A stretch of 64,000 nt of DNA from Sedimentisphaerales bacterium (GCA_040772485.1 JAXGYC010000011.1:160001-224000); one strand, 5' to 3'; counted from the first letter of the stretch, positions 27,300-37,411 are shown. Numbers and translations are program-made. The notes: generated by a model not told the origin, from the letters alone.

Positions 27300-27510
27300 T
27301 CTTCTGCTTCCCCTATCGATGCCTTGACCTGCTGCATTCCCGTCGACTCTGGCAAGCTGGTCTCAGACTCATACGGAGTGCGATGTCATTGACGCAGTTC
27401 TGCAGTTTCCCGCGACGTTCGCATGAGCGGAAGTGTGCTTCCACATATGAGCGACTTGTCGTACCGTGAGCCAACGTCCTTACCATCTTCTGTATCGCGT
27501 CAGGCACTGT

Positions 27511-28356
27511 TTACCGGGAAACGGATTTCGCATCTATACACAGGTGCCACCCCAGCCGGCTCTCCAGCCAGCGGAAGACCGTGCGTGGTAACCATCGGAA
27601 GTACCATGCCTTACGATACTCGTGACGTTTGTACTCGGCGATGCGGTAGGCGAAGATGTGATCGACGAACATCTTCTCGATGCGGAACCCCTGCAACAGA
27701 TCGCGCACGGTCCGGCGCGAGTAGCTGTACGTCACCGGGCAGCCCGTTTGGGCCTCGGAGTGGCGCGCAATCAACTCGTCGAGCTTCCAGAAGGCCCCCT
27801 TCCCGAACCTCAGCAGGATCCAGAGCACCTTCCAGGAATGCCGATGGTAGACCATCATCTTGAACACGCTCTGCGCCCCCATGTACTTGCGAATCTCGCG
27901 GACGGCGTCCTGCGGATGCGGCGTGTGATGGATGACGCCGAAGGAGTAGACCAGGTCGTATTCCTCAACCGGGACGGCCTCGCTGAGCCGCTCGACGTTC
28001 GCCTGATAGAACCGGATGCGATCGGCCAGACCGAAGACCGATGCGCGTTCCTTCGCCACCGCCAGCGACGCATCGGACAGGTCCACCGCTGTGACCTGAG
28101 CGCCCGCCCGCGCGAAGCCCATCGTGTCGGTCCCGATGCCGCAACCGATCTCCAGCACCTTCTTGCCCGCCCACCGATCGAACTGGGCGAAGGCCGGGAT
28201 GTGCGGCTCCACGAAATACTTGCGGGCTTCCACCTCGTCGAAATACGCCCGCGTCCCGACCGGCTTAGGTGAGTGCCGGATGTTGCACGGACGTGCGTTC
28301 CAGTACCGCCGTACGTCCTCGACGGTCCTGGTAGAGAATGTCTGTGCGACTGTCAT
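27511..28356 (-). CDS. Class I SAM-dependent methyltransferase
   Basis: VLEIGCGIGTD motif I, DLVYSFGVIHHTP. Confidence 0.88.
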   Translation of the reverse strand: MTVAQTFSTRTVEDVRRYWNARPCNIRHSPKPVGTRAYFDEVEARKYFVEPHIPAFAQFDRWAGKKVLEIGCGIGTDTMGFARAGAQVTAVDLSDASLAVAKERASVFGLADRIRFYQANVERLSEAVPVEEYDLVYSFGVIHHTPHPQDAVREIRKYMGAQSVFKMMVYHRHSWKVLWILLRFGKGAFWKLDELIARHSEAQTGCPVTYSYSRRTVRDLLQGFRIEKMFVDHIFAYRIAEYKRHEYRKAWYFRWLPRTVFRWLESRLGWHLCIDAKSVSR

Positions 28357-29689
28357 GTGCGATTCCCCCTGTAGGTGCGGTCACCATCCCGAACGCGCGG
28401 TAGGTGAATTTCTTCAGCGTGGCGTTCCGATAGATTCTCCAGCAATCGATCATCAGCGGCGCCGTGCCTGCCCTTTCCTCCAATCGGGCGACGTCCAGAT
28501 CGTTGTACTGCGGCCAGTTCGTCAGCATCACCACCACGCCGGCCCCCGAGACGGCATCGTACGGATCTTCGCAGTAGACGCCTCGTCCCTGGAGCGCCTC
28601 GCGGACGCTTCCCAGCGCCTTGGGGTCGTGCATGCGGACCACGTAGCCCGCCTTGAGGAGCTGCGCTGCGAGCATGACCGACTGCGACTCCTCGATGATG
28701 TGCGTGCCCGGCTTGTAGGAAAGGCCCAGCAAGGCCACGCTCGATCCGGGCCGGGCGTGCTCGCTGATCATGGTGAACAGCCGGTTCACGACCTCGCCGT
28801 TGACCTTGACGACGCGCGGGCTCAGGTTCGCATCCGCCCCGGCGTCCTCGGCACAACGCTGAAATGCCAGGTTGTCACGCGGAAAACACGGACCGCCGAA
28901 GCCCAGCCCACCCTTGAGGTAACGACGTCCCACACGCGTGTCGGACCCGACCGCCGTGGTCACCACGTCGACGTCCGCGCCCGGAATCCGTTCACAGATC
29001 GACGCCAGCTCGTTGGCGAAGCTGATCTTCATGGTCACGTAGCAGTTGAGGCTCAGCTTGGTGATCTCCGCGTTGGTCAGGTTCATGACCGCATAGTACG
29101 GATCGTTCTCCACCACGGACGAGTACAGCTCCCGGCACAGTTGCGCCGACCGCTCGTCGGAGGCGCCGATGAGCAGCATGTCCGGATGGAGGAAGTCGTG
29201 AATCACCGACCCCAGCGCGACGAACTCGGGATTGTAGACGAACCCGAAGTCCCGCCCGCACACCTTGCCCGTCAGCTTCTCCAGGATGGGCACAAAGACG
29301 TGTTCGCACGTCGTCGGCATGACCGTGGAAACCAGGGCCACGACGTGAAACGACTTCTTGGCCTTCAGGCCCCCGGCGATGCGATCGAGAACCGCCTCGA
29401 CGTACGCATTGGAGAAGCGGCCGTTCGCGTCGCTCGGGGTCGGCACCGTAATCAGGGTAATGTCGCTGTGCTGCACGGCATACCCGTAGTCCGGGGTGAA
29501 CTCCATGCGCGCTCGGCACCCGTCCAGCAGCGCCGGCAGTCCGGTCTCGTCGACGGGACACCGTCCGCTGACAAGTGCTTCCATGTGCTCGGCGCTGGAA
29601 TCCACGCCGATGACGTGATGTCCCTTGCCGGCAAAGCACGCCGCCGAGCAAAGGCCCAGCTTTCCGAGACCGACACAAGATAGGTTCAT
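28265..29689 (-). CDS. UDP-glucose/GDP-mannose dehydrogenase family protein
   Basis: GLGKLG Rossmann motif, ITVPTP, YNPEF, KISFANE, GFGGPCFPRD with catalytic Cys, LGLSYKP. Confidence 0.92.
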   Translation of the reverse strand: MNLSCVGLGKLGLCSAACFAGKGHHVIGVDSSAEHMEALVSGRCPVDETGLPALLDGCRARMEFTPDYGYAVQHSDITLITVPTPSDANGRFSNAYVEAVLDRIAGGLKAKKSFHVVALVSTVMPTTCEHVFVPILEKLTGKVCGRDFGFVYNPEFVALGSVIHDFLHPDMLLIGASDERSAQLCRELYSSVVENDPYYAVMNLTNAEITKLSLNCYVTMKISFANELASICERIPGADVDVVTTAVGSDTRVGRRYLKGGLGFGGPCFPRDNLAFQRCAEDAGADANLSPRVVKVNGEVVNRLFTMISEHARPGSSVALLGLSYKPGTHIIEESQSVMLAAQLLKAGYVVRMHDPKALGSVREALQGRGVYCEDPYDAVSGAGVVVMLTNWPQYNDLDVARLEERAGTAPLMIDCWRIYRNATLKKFTYRAFGMVTAPTGGIAHDSRTDILYQDRRGRTAVLERTSVQHPALT

Positions 29690-29701
29690 CGGGAACGCTC
29701 C

Positions 29702-30100
29702 TTACTTGGTGACTTTAATACGTGCCCCGTCGCCGAAGGTCCCCGGCGACGGAGATCCTGTCCGGGCCTTTCGCCCATAGGCGACGATGGCCCTCTTGAC
29801 CTGTCTGAGCTGTCTGAGCTTCGCCTGTACGTCGCCTCGTTCGGCTCGCAGGGCGAGAGTCAGCTCCTCGTATAACCGTGCCAGATGCGCTCTCTGCGAT
29901 TCGGCCAGCGTTCCGGCGCGCTGCCGGTCGTGGATCACTCCGGCCACCAGCGTCTCGGCGCGGGCCGCCAGCCGCTCGACTCGATCGAGATGGCCTTCGC
30001 GCACATCGTCGATCTGCTGCCGCAGCAGGCGGCTCAACTCCTCCAGACGCTCTGCCAGCCGGTCGGGTGCACGCTTCGTGTGGTCGTCGCTGACGCTCAT
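29702..30100 (-). CDS. Small helical protein, possibly a FliT/FlgN-like export chaperone
   Basis: 132 aa, coiled-coil-like helices ending AIVAYG; flagellar context. Confidence 0.4.
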   Translation of the reverse strand: MSVSDDHTKRAPDRLAERLEELSRLLRQQIDDVREGHLDRVERLAARAETLVAGVIHDRQRAGTLAESQRAHLARLYEELTLALRAERGDVQAKLRQLRQVKRAIVAYGRKARTGSPSPGTFGDGARIKVTK

Positions 30101-30103
30101 GGG

Positions 30104-30721
30104 CTATCGTGCTCCCGCCAGGCTGTGGTCCACTTCTTCCAGCAGGTTCGTCGCATCTTCATTCGTCGGCTCCAGCGCCAGCAGATCGAGCAGCATTTCC
30201 CGCGACTGGTCCGGACGGCCGTCCTTGAGGTACAATGCCGCCAGCGCGAACATCACCGAGGCGTCTCCCGGATGCATGTGCAGGTAGACTTCCAGGTAGT
30301 AGATCACTTTGGCGAAGGAACCCATCTCACAGGAGACCTGGAACAATCCGAGCAGTGCGGTGATGTTGTCGCTGTCCAGTTCGAGCGACTTCATGTAAAG
30401 ATCGAAGGCCGGCGCGTATTCTCGGCGCTGCTGTGCGACCATGGCCAGACCGGTGTAGGCCTTGGCGCAGTTGGGATCCAGCCGGCAGGCGACGCGAAAC
30501 GCAATTTCGGCATCCTCGCATCGGCCCGTTTGGAGGGCGGCCGCCCCCAGACCCACATACGGTCCCGGCTCATCCGGTCCGATCGACGCCGCTTTCTCGT
30601 AGCAGCGCTGGGCTTGCGTGTAGTTGCCCACCGACGTGTAGCAGTCGCCCAACTCCCGCAGCACTTCATAGTGCTGCGTTCTCTTGCGTTTTTCGACCTC
30701 GTTCATTGGCGCCGTATCCAT
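30104..30721 (-). CDS. Tetratricopeptide repeat protein
   Basis: Successive TPRs (LGDCY..GNY..A..CYEKA, AYTGLA, FALAALY); ATG at 30721. Confidence 0.85.
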   Translation of the reverse strand: MDTAPMNEVEKRKRTQHYEVLRELGDCYTSVGNYTQAQRCYEKAASIGPDEPGPYVGLGAAALQTGRCEDAEIAFRVACRLDPNCAKAYTGLAMVAQQRREYAPAFDLYMKSLELDSDNITALLGLFQVSCEMGSFAKVIYYLEVYLHMHPGDASVMFALAALYLKDGRPDQSREMLLDLLALEPTNEDATNLLEEVDHSLAGAR

Positions 30722-32376
30722 GTCTGCGTTTCCCCAGTTTCCTGCCACCCTTGCGCTGAGACCATCGGCGTGCGTGCAGGTATCGGAAGATGACCTTGAA
30801 GTCCCCTCTCGGCTTGTTCGAGCAATCCAATGGCGTCTGTGAAGTTCCGTTTCCGGCGGCACACCTTGGCCTCCAGCAGGAGGGTCTCCACGGTCGATCG
30901 CACCTGATTGACCTGGCGACTGAGCCGGGCGGCCTGTGCGTGATGGCCCGCGTGGAAATGGGCGCCGGCCGCCAAAGATGTCATCCACAACTCATTACGA
31001 TGGCGTGCGGCCAGATACTCATAGGCCCGGGCCGCCAGCGGCCAATTGCCGTCCGCCTCCGCCTGCCACGCCTGCCGCAACAACTCATCGAACTGAAAAG
31101 GCAGCTCTTCCGGCTGCGGACGCCGCACCCGGATGCCGCAGGCCGCCAGCGAGGCTTCCAGCGACAAGCCAGGGTAAGCCCGCCTGGCCTGCCGCAGATC
31201 GCCCTCTTTCAACACGGCGCCCCATAGTCCTGCACCACCGCCCTCCAGCAGAAGCGCTTCCCGATCAGACGCGCTGTGAATCAACACGTAGAGCGGATCC
31301 TCCACCCACATCTCCTCGATCGGCAGAGTGCCGGGCGCAATCGCCACATAAGCGCCTTCGATCCGTTGCAGCGCCGCATCCACCTTCTGCTGCGCCGAAC
31401 TCTGCGGATCGACGGGAACCAGGACCATGTTCGGCATCTCGCTGTTCAGCCGCCCGATGTCATGAGACGACAGCGGAATATAGAGCCGGTAGGGATAGAA
31501 CGTGTACCGCCAGAGGCGTCCGCACGTTTCTGCAACGCGCTGGTCCAGCCGATCGACGAGCAGGATGATCGCCAGCTCCTCGAGCTTGTCCCACGGCTTC
31601 GGAGGGTGCGTGGTCCGGATGGCCAGCACGTTCCGCAGATACTCCTGGGGGTCCTTGCGGCGCTGAATCGAGATGCGGTCCGACTCCTCGATCGGACTGT
31701 AGAACTCCCCCGTGATCGTGGGCAGGTGCTGAAAGTCCGAGAAGAACGCCAGGCGGCGCGTCATGTCCCAATCGATCAGAATGTTCAGATTCTCGTTATA
31801 GAAACCCGTCCGGTCCAGCAGATCGCGGCGATGCATCAGGGAAACGTGCAACGCATGGTTGAAGTAGAGCATCAGAAAACGGTCGAAATCCCGGCTGATC
31901 TCCACGTGCTTGCTCAGGATCTCCCGGTCGCCGTTGGACAGCACGCGGCAGTAGGTCTTGTACAGGTCGCTGTAGGCCACCTGACAATCGGTCGGCCCCT
32001 CCAGCGCCTCGACCAACACCTGCACATGGTTCGGATAGTAGATGTCGTCATCATCGAGATAGGCGACGTACTTGCCGCGAGCGCGAGCCAGCGCCTCGTT
32101 GAGCGAATGGGGCTTGCCCCGGTTCTCGCGCCGATCGATGAAAGAGATTCGCGGATCGTCGAAGGATGCAACAATGTCACGCACGTCGTGGCCGCCGTCG
32201 TTGACCACGAAGATTTCCAGGTTCCGATAGGTCTGCCGCACGGCGCTGGCCAGAGCGTAGGGCAGATAGCGGCGCCGATTGTACGTGGGCAGCAACACAC
32301 TGACCAGAGGACCGCTTCGATCGCGGCCGTCCGGAGCGGAGGGCTGCGACAGATTCTCCTGACGATCTGTGGACAT
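30703..32376 (-). CDS. GT2 glycosyltransferase with C-terminal TPR
   Basis: VSVLLPTYNR, VVNDGG, YLDDDD, DWDM; helical TPR-like C-terminus. Confidence 0.88.
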   Translation of the reverse strand: MSTDRQENLSQPSAPDGRDRSGPLVSVLLPTYNRRRYLPYALASAVRQTYRNLEIFVVNDGGHDVRDIVASFDDPRISFIDRRENRGKPHSLNEALARARGKYVAYLDDDDIYYPNHVQVLVEALEGPTDCQVAYSDLYKTYCRVLSNGDREILSKHVEISRDFDRFLMLYFNHALHVSLMHRRDLLDRTGFYNENLNILIDWDMTRRLAFFSDFQHLPTITGEFYSPIEESDRISIQRRKDPQEYLRNVLAIRTTHPPKPWDKLEELAIILLVDRLDQRVAETCGRLWRYTFYPYRLYIPLSSHDIGRLNSEMPNMVLVPVDPQSSAQQKVDAALQRIEGAYVAIAPGTLPIEEMWVEDPLYVLIHSASDREALLLEGGGAGLWGAVLKEGDLRQARRAYPGLSLEASLAACGIRVRRPQPEELPFQFDELLRQAWQAEADGNWPLAARAYEYLAARHRNELWMTSLAAGAHFHAGHHAQAARLSRQVNQVRSTVETLLLEAKVCRRKRNFTDAIGLLEQAERGLQGHLPIPARTPMVSAQGWQETGETQTWIRRQ

Positions 32377-32411
32377 TGGACGAGTGTTCAATCTCACGTA
32401 TGGCGCCACTA

Positions 32412-33923
32412 TTACAGGGTGAACGGGCTGGCCGGGACTTCCGCACCCGGTCGACGGCCACGCGGCGTCGGAACGTCGCAAATCCCGCCGGAACGACACG
32501 AACCGACGCCGAGACGCCGGGCGTCAATCTCGCTTTCGAGCTGATTCAGAATGCCGCCCACCTGGTGTAGTTGCCTGCGAATCGGATAGCGTTCTTCCAC
32601 GAACCGCCGATAGCCCGCCGGATCGTACTCGCCGCTGAGCGCACATTCGCAGAACTCCTCGGCGATGCGGAACAGACTCGGCGCCGGGAACAGACGGTCG
32701 GCGCCGGCGAAATGGTGCACGATGGGCTTCAGCCCGCAGGCCATGCCCGTCAGCAGCGACTCGATCTGGCTCTCGCCGATGCCGCCGGAGACGATGAAGT
32801 GCTTGTCACCAAGCCACGCGTTCTGGTCGCCCGCATAGGGCTCGAACGACACCACGCCGGTCAGGCCGAGCGTCTGGACCATGTGACGCGTGTACTGTTC
32901 GAGCATGGGATTCTCGAAATCGCCGCAGAAGAACAGCCGATAACTTCCGTCGAGGTAGTGCAGCTTCTGCATGCACTGGAGGAGAAAAGCCGGATTGGAT
33001 TCCATCGACAGCCGGCCCATGCACGCGAGGTTCCTGCCGCGACCGCGCTGCTGAAACGCGTATCGCGTCGTGTCGATTCCGTGGGGCACGACCGCCAGGC
33101 GCGTCCGATTCCGAATGTCGGGCACCCACTGCAGCAGCGCCTCCTCGACGGCCGAGCTGCCGATCTGAACCACGATGTCCACATTCTCCCATCGAACCCG
33201 CCTCACCCAGTCGTCGCGGACGTCCGAGCAGCGCAGACTGACGAGGATCTTGCCCGGCGCCGGCGATTGCAGCGCCTCGGCCACGATCGGACCGCCGCCG
33301 TCGAACCAGGCGATGTCACACCACTGCATCAGACGCGACAGCTCCTCGGGCGTGCGGCCCGTGTAGAACTCCGTCTGGAACCGCTCCTGGACGAATGCCC
33401 ACGCCTCCGCCAGAGCGCCGTCCACGCCCTGCCCGACCCGGAACAGCGCGATTTTCGGACGTTTGCTCTGAATCACGCTCAGAATCGGATTGAGCACGTC
33501 CTGTTCGGGCCATCGGTGACGCGACCGCAGCAGGACCTCGACAGCCGGACCTTTCTGGCCCTGATCGAGCAACATCGTGGCGACGCGGTTGAGCACCTCG
33601 ATATTGAGGATGTCCATCCGCTCCATCGTCTCGAGCAGGGAGGCGGCCTCACCGGCCATGCCCGCCGCAAGATAGGCCTCGACGAGATTCCAGACGATCT
33701 CCCCGCTGTCCGGGCGCAGCGCATGCGCCTTGACCAGATGCGCAACGGCATCCTCGGAGCGCCCCAGGCAATGGAGGATCGCCCCGGCATCGTTCAGGGC
33801 CTGGGCATCCTGCGGAGCCGCCCGCAAGTGCTCGCGGATGCAGCTCAATGCGGCTTCGTATTTTCCGGCCTCGGCCAGTTCCAGCCCACGCTGGTGGGCA
33901 TTCACACCTGTCTGTGCGGTCAT
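32412..33923 (-). CDS. TPR plus GT4-like glycosyltransferase
   Basis: N-terminal TPRs (ALNDAG), VVPHGID, MGRL, GMACGLKPIV; AGGAG RBS. Confidence 0.8.
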   Translation of the reverse strand: MTAQTGVNAHQRGLELAEAGKYEAALSCIREHLRAAPQDAQALNDAGAILHCLGRSEDAVAHLVKAHALRPDSGEIVWNLVEAYLAAGMAGEAASLLETMERMDILNIEVLNRVATMLLDQGQKGPAVEVLLRSRHRWPEQDVLNPILSVIQSKRPKIALFRVGQGVDGALAEAWAFVQERFQTEFYTGRTPEELSRLMQWCDIAWFDGGGPIVAEALQSPAPGKILVSLRCSDVRDDWVRRVRWENVDIVVQIGSSAVEEALLQWVPDIRNRTRLAVVPHGIDTTRYAFQQRGRGRNLACMGRLSMESNPAFLLQCMQKLHYLDGSYRLFFCGDFENPMLEQYTRHMVQTLGLTGVVSFEPYAGDQNAWLGDKHFIVSGGIGESQIESLLTGMACGLKPIVHHFAGADRLFPAPSLFRIAEEFCECALSGEYDPAGYRRFVEERYPIRRQLHQVGGILNQLESEIDARRLGVGSCRSGGICDVPTPRGRRPGAEVPASPFTL

Positions 33924-33974
33924 ATGTATGCTCCTTCTGGACAACGGAGTAGAACGCGACTCTTGGCCGATGTG

Positions 33975-33990
33975 TGCAAATGGCGTGCCG
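33975..33990 (-). promoter_or_regulatory. sigma54 promoter at the head of the glycosylation island
   Basis: Minus strand CGGCAC-GCCAT-TTGCA, about 50 nt upstream of the ATG at 33923. Confidence 0.78.
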
Positions 33991-34104
33991 GCGTGGTGAA
34001 ACGGGGTTTATTTGGCGCAAGGCCCCTCGCGACGGATCGTCTGGATAGAAATCAGACATCGACGTCTGCAAAACGACCGTGAACCCCCCTCGGGATGGTC
34101 CGGT

Positions 34105-35292
34105 TCAACTGATGTAGTCCAGCAGTGACATGCCCATCAGCTTCGCGGCGACCGAAAGCGACATCTGGTAGAGAATCTCGCGACGGGAAAGATCGATGGA
34201 AATCTGGGAAATATCGGCTTCCTGGAGCCTGGTGGTTTCATCTTGCGTGTCAAACTGCATGCTTTCAAGCGTGTCCTTGAGGGTAGTGAGAAACCCGACC
34301 TTGGATCCCGTAGAAACATCGGACTGGATCAGGAGACTGCGCACTTCCTCCACCGCCTGGACGCACTGGTCCACGTAGCTGAGCAATTGCTGGGTGGAAA
34401 CCTCGCGGTCATTGCTCAGGATGTCTCGCAGACTCATCAGGGTGCCGAAGACGTCGTACGTTCCGGGAACGCGGACCAGTTCGATGCCGGTGGCGGTAAT
34501 CTGCGTGGTATCGACATAGAAAATGCGGCCCGTGCGCGAATCCGTCACCGCCTGGTTGGTGTCCCCACCCGCCGGCACCGTGACGAAGGTCGCGCCATCG
34601 TCGATCGAGATTCGGTAGTTGCTCCCGTCGTGCTCCACCGTCAGCCACACGTCGCCACATACGTTCGAGGTGCCGGTGCCGTTCCGGGCCCCTGTGGTGC
34701 CGAGGAAGACCGGGTCCTCGCGTTGGTTGGCTTGGAAGATGTCGTTGCCAACACGAAACGCCTCGATTTCCACCGCCGGGGCCACGTCGATCCGGCGGGA
34801 TTCTTCGCCCCCCTGATAGGTTACGCGGACGATCTGCCCACCGGAGTACTCCACCGCGTAGGGCGGACTGCCGGTGTTGTTTCCCGAGAAGAGATACTGG
34901 TTGGCGTGCTTGGTGTTGGCCAGAGAGACCAGTTGTTCCAGGGTGCTGTTGAGCTTCTCGGCGATTCGCTCCTGTCCCTCGTTGTCGTACACGCCGCCGA
35001 CGATCTCGGTCAGGACGGTTCGGCTGTCGGCCAGTTCCGACGCCATGTTCTCGATAACGGTTGAGGAAATCTCGAGCGTACCGATCAGATCCTGGATGTT
35101 CTCGATGTAGCCAGCCAACGAGCGATCCTGCGTATTCAAACCGAGAATCCGGTAGGCCTCCGAAGGACTGTCGGAGGCCCGATTGACCCGGTTGCCCGTG
35201 GACGCCTGCTCCTGCAACTCGGTGATCGCCCGGGTATGGAGAGACAGGGCGTAACTGACGTTATCACATATGTTCGCTATGGAACCACTCAT
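34105..35292 (-). CDS. flgL: Hook-filament junction protein FlgL
   Basis: QASTGNRVNRASDSP, LANTK..QYLFSG, flagellin-like C-terminus ending SLLDYI; follows flgK. Confidence 0.88.
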   Translation of the reverse strand: MSGSIANICDNVSYALSLHTRAITELQEQASTGNRVNRASDSPSEAYRILGLNTQDRSLAGYIENIQDLIGTLEISSTVIENMASELADSRTVLTEIVGGVYDNEGQERIAEKLNSTLEQLVSLANTKHANQYLFSGNNTGSPPYAVEYSGGQIVRVTYQGGEESRRIDVAPAVEIEAFRVGNDIFQANQREDPVFLGTTGARNGTGTSNVCGDVWLTVEHDGSNYRISIDDGATFVTVPAGGDTNQAVTDSRTGRIFYVDTTQITATGIELVRVPGTYDVFGTLMSLRDILSNDREVSTQQLLSYVDQCVQAVEEVRSLLIQSDVSTGSKVGFLTTLKDTLESMQFDTQDETTRLQEADISQISIDLSRREILYQMSLSVAAKLMGMSLLDYIS

Positions 35293-35375
35293 GGTTGCCT
35301 CACCGTCGCCTTCTGCACGTTGTTTGAATCATTCCTTCCGACCGCTCCCTTGGGCCCGCCCCGACGCGGCCGCCA

Positions 35376-37346
35376 TCAGAACACGTCCATCAGCGCCGCC
35401 AGCACCGTTTGCTGGGTGGTGAGGTACTTGGCCATCGCCTGGAACATCGTCTCGAAGACAATCAACTGGGCCGCCTCGTCGTTGATGTTGACGCCGCTGA
35501 CTTCGCTCTGCTGCTTCTTCAGGTCCTCGATCACGGCCTCGATGTTCTCCTGCCTCGATTGCTTCAGGGCCACTTGCTGTCCGAGATCGGAGATCGTGCG
35601 CTGGTAATACTCGTTGGCGGTCATCCCCCCGAGGCTCGCCACCGGCTCGTCATGGACGCGCGCCATCCGCAGCGCGGCCTCGTTGTCGCTCAGGTCCCCG
35701 CCGAGCGCCGTGGCAATCCGGTTCGGATTCTGCGCCACGTCGGCGTTGACACTCATCTCCGAGGCACTGGCACCGGAGAAGAAAGCGTTCATGCCCGCTG
35801 CCGCCAGAAGCCCCGAGGTGTCCGTCGTTTGAAAGACGTCGATGTCGAAGGTGTCCCCGTCGTTGAGATCGCCTGTGCTCAGCGCAATCTTGATCCCGTT
35901 GGCCATCTCGATCACGTCGCCGGCGGCGTAACCCTTGCCAACGCTCAGCGTGGCGACCACGTCCCCGCCGGAATTGGTGACCGTCAGACGAAGCACGCCG
36001 TTTCCGACTGCGCCGGTGCCGCTGACCGTGAAACGGAGCGTCTCATTGGACTCCTCATCATACGTGCCCGAAACAGAGATCGTCGGTGGAGCTGCTGCGG
36101 TCAGATTGCTCGCCGTCGGTTCCGGCAGCGGTGCCGGAATGAAATCGAACTCATATCCGAGGCTGGACACGATGTGGAGCTTTGAGGAATCCGACGATCC
36201 ATTCAGACCCGCGATGGCATCGATCTTGGCGGCGATGGTGGCCAACGTGTCGGGAGGAGCGCCGGAGAGATCCACCGTCACGGCGTGACGCCGGATCTGG
36301 CCGGTATCCGTGTTGGTGACCCGAATGTAGAAGGTCCCGTCGGTGATTGGGGGCTCGACCTCGCTCAGATCCTCGTTGCTCATCGCCCAGCCGTCCATCT
36401 CCGTGAACGCCCCCTCCAGCCCGACGCCCTGAACGTGGCACGCATTGATCTGGACCACGATGCTCTTGGCCAGCGTGTCGAGGTCGTCTTGAAGCTGCGG
36501 GAGCAACTCATTCTTGAGCGAGAGCAAACCCCCGAGACGCCCGCCTTCCACGAGCAGACCATATCCTTCCGTCCCCGTGGCTTGCAGGGCCAGCAATCCA
36601 TTGTTCTGTATCGTGACGGAGACCTCCAGGGTAATGGCCCCGGTGACCACCGGGAGTCCGTCGATGGAGACGTCGACCCCACCGTATTCCCGCCTCTGCG
36701 TCTCAATACCCGTCAGCGCGGACAACTGGACGATCAACTGATCCCGGCTGTCACGCAGGTTGTTGGCTTGTCCTCCGTTGATCTCCACAGCCTGGATCTT
36801 CTGGTTCAGCTCGGCAATCTGCTCCGTCAGGGCATTGATGGAATCGGCGACGTTTTGCGCCTCGAGCACCACCTGGTCTTCCAGACTGGTCAAAGAGTCG
36901 CCCAGCCGTCGAAACTCCGTGGTCAGAACCTGCGCCGAACTGACGACCTCGTTGCGCCACGTCTGCTCCAGCGGGTTGGCCGCCAGCCCGCGCAGCGCAT
37001 CGAAGAACGCATCCAGCGTGGCGTTCAGCCCGCCGCTGGCGCCGAACTCACCGAACGTCGTCTCGACAGAGGAAAGCGTGGACAGCTCCTGGGAGATCTG
37101 CCCGTTGGACGAGGTCTGACTGACAATCTCGCGCTCCACGAGTTCATCGATCAGGCGTGTAACGCCGGCGACCTCCACACCCGTGCCGACCGCTGCCCGC
37201 CCGGTCTGCGTGGCGTCCGACGGACTCAACTCGATGCGTTGACGATGGTAGCCGTCGGTCGACGCGTTGGCGATGTTGTTGCCGATGACGTCCATCGCCG
37301 CGTACGCCGCACTCAGACCGCTCAATCCAATCGAGAAGCTCTGCAT
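35376..37346 (-). CDS. flgK: Hook-associated protein FlgK
   Basis: IGLSGL, NNIANASTDGYHRQ, NNLRDSRDQL, VSGVNINDEAAQL. Confidence 0.93.
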   Translation of the reverse strand: MQSFSIGLSGLSAAYAAMDVIGNNIANASTDGYHRQRIELSPSDATQTGRAAVGTGVEVAGVTRLIDELVEREIVSQTSSNGQISQELSTLSSVETTFGEFGASGGLNATLDAFFDALRGLAANPLEQTWRNEVVSSAQVLTTEFRRLGDSLTSLEDQVVLEAQNVADSINALTEQIAELNQKIQAVEINGGQANNLRDSRDQLIVQLSALTGIETQRREYGGVDVSIDGLPVVTGAITLEVSVTIQNNGLLALQATGTEGYGLLVEGGRLGGLLSLKNELLPQLQDDLDTLAKSIVVQINACHVQGVGLEGAFTEMDGWAMSNEDLSEVEPPITDGTFYIRVTNTDTGQIRRHAVTVDLSGAPPDTLATIAAKIDAIAGLNGSSDSSKLHIVSSLGYEFDFIPAPLPEPTASNLTAAAPPTISVSGTYDEESNETLRFTVSGTGAVGNGVLRLTVTNSGGDVVATLSVGKGYAAGDVIEMANGIKIALSTGDLNDGDTFDIDVFQTTDTSGLLAAAGMNAFFSGASASEMSVNADVAQNPNRIATALGGDLSDNEAALRMARVHDEPVASLGGMTANEYYQRTISDLGQQVALKQSRQENIEAVIEDLKKQQSEVSGVNINDEAAQLIVFETMFQAMAKYLTTQQTVLAALMDVF

Positions 37347-37411
37347 AGGCTGATCCTCAACCGCCGTCCGGCAAGAGACCGCGCCGGCGGCCATGACATT
37401 CCCTTGTGCCG

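Noticed and set aside
27300..27510. Mobile element boundary next to the low-GC segment
   Set aside because: No transposase, integrase, terminal inverted repeats or target duplication visible
37371..37387. sigma54-like sequence upstream of flgK
   Set aside because: GG-to-GC spacing is 11 rather than 10
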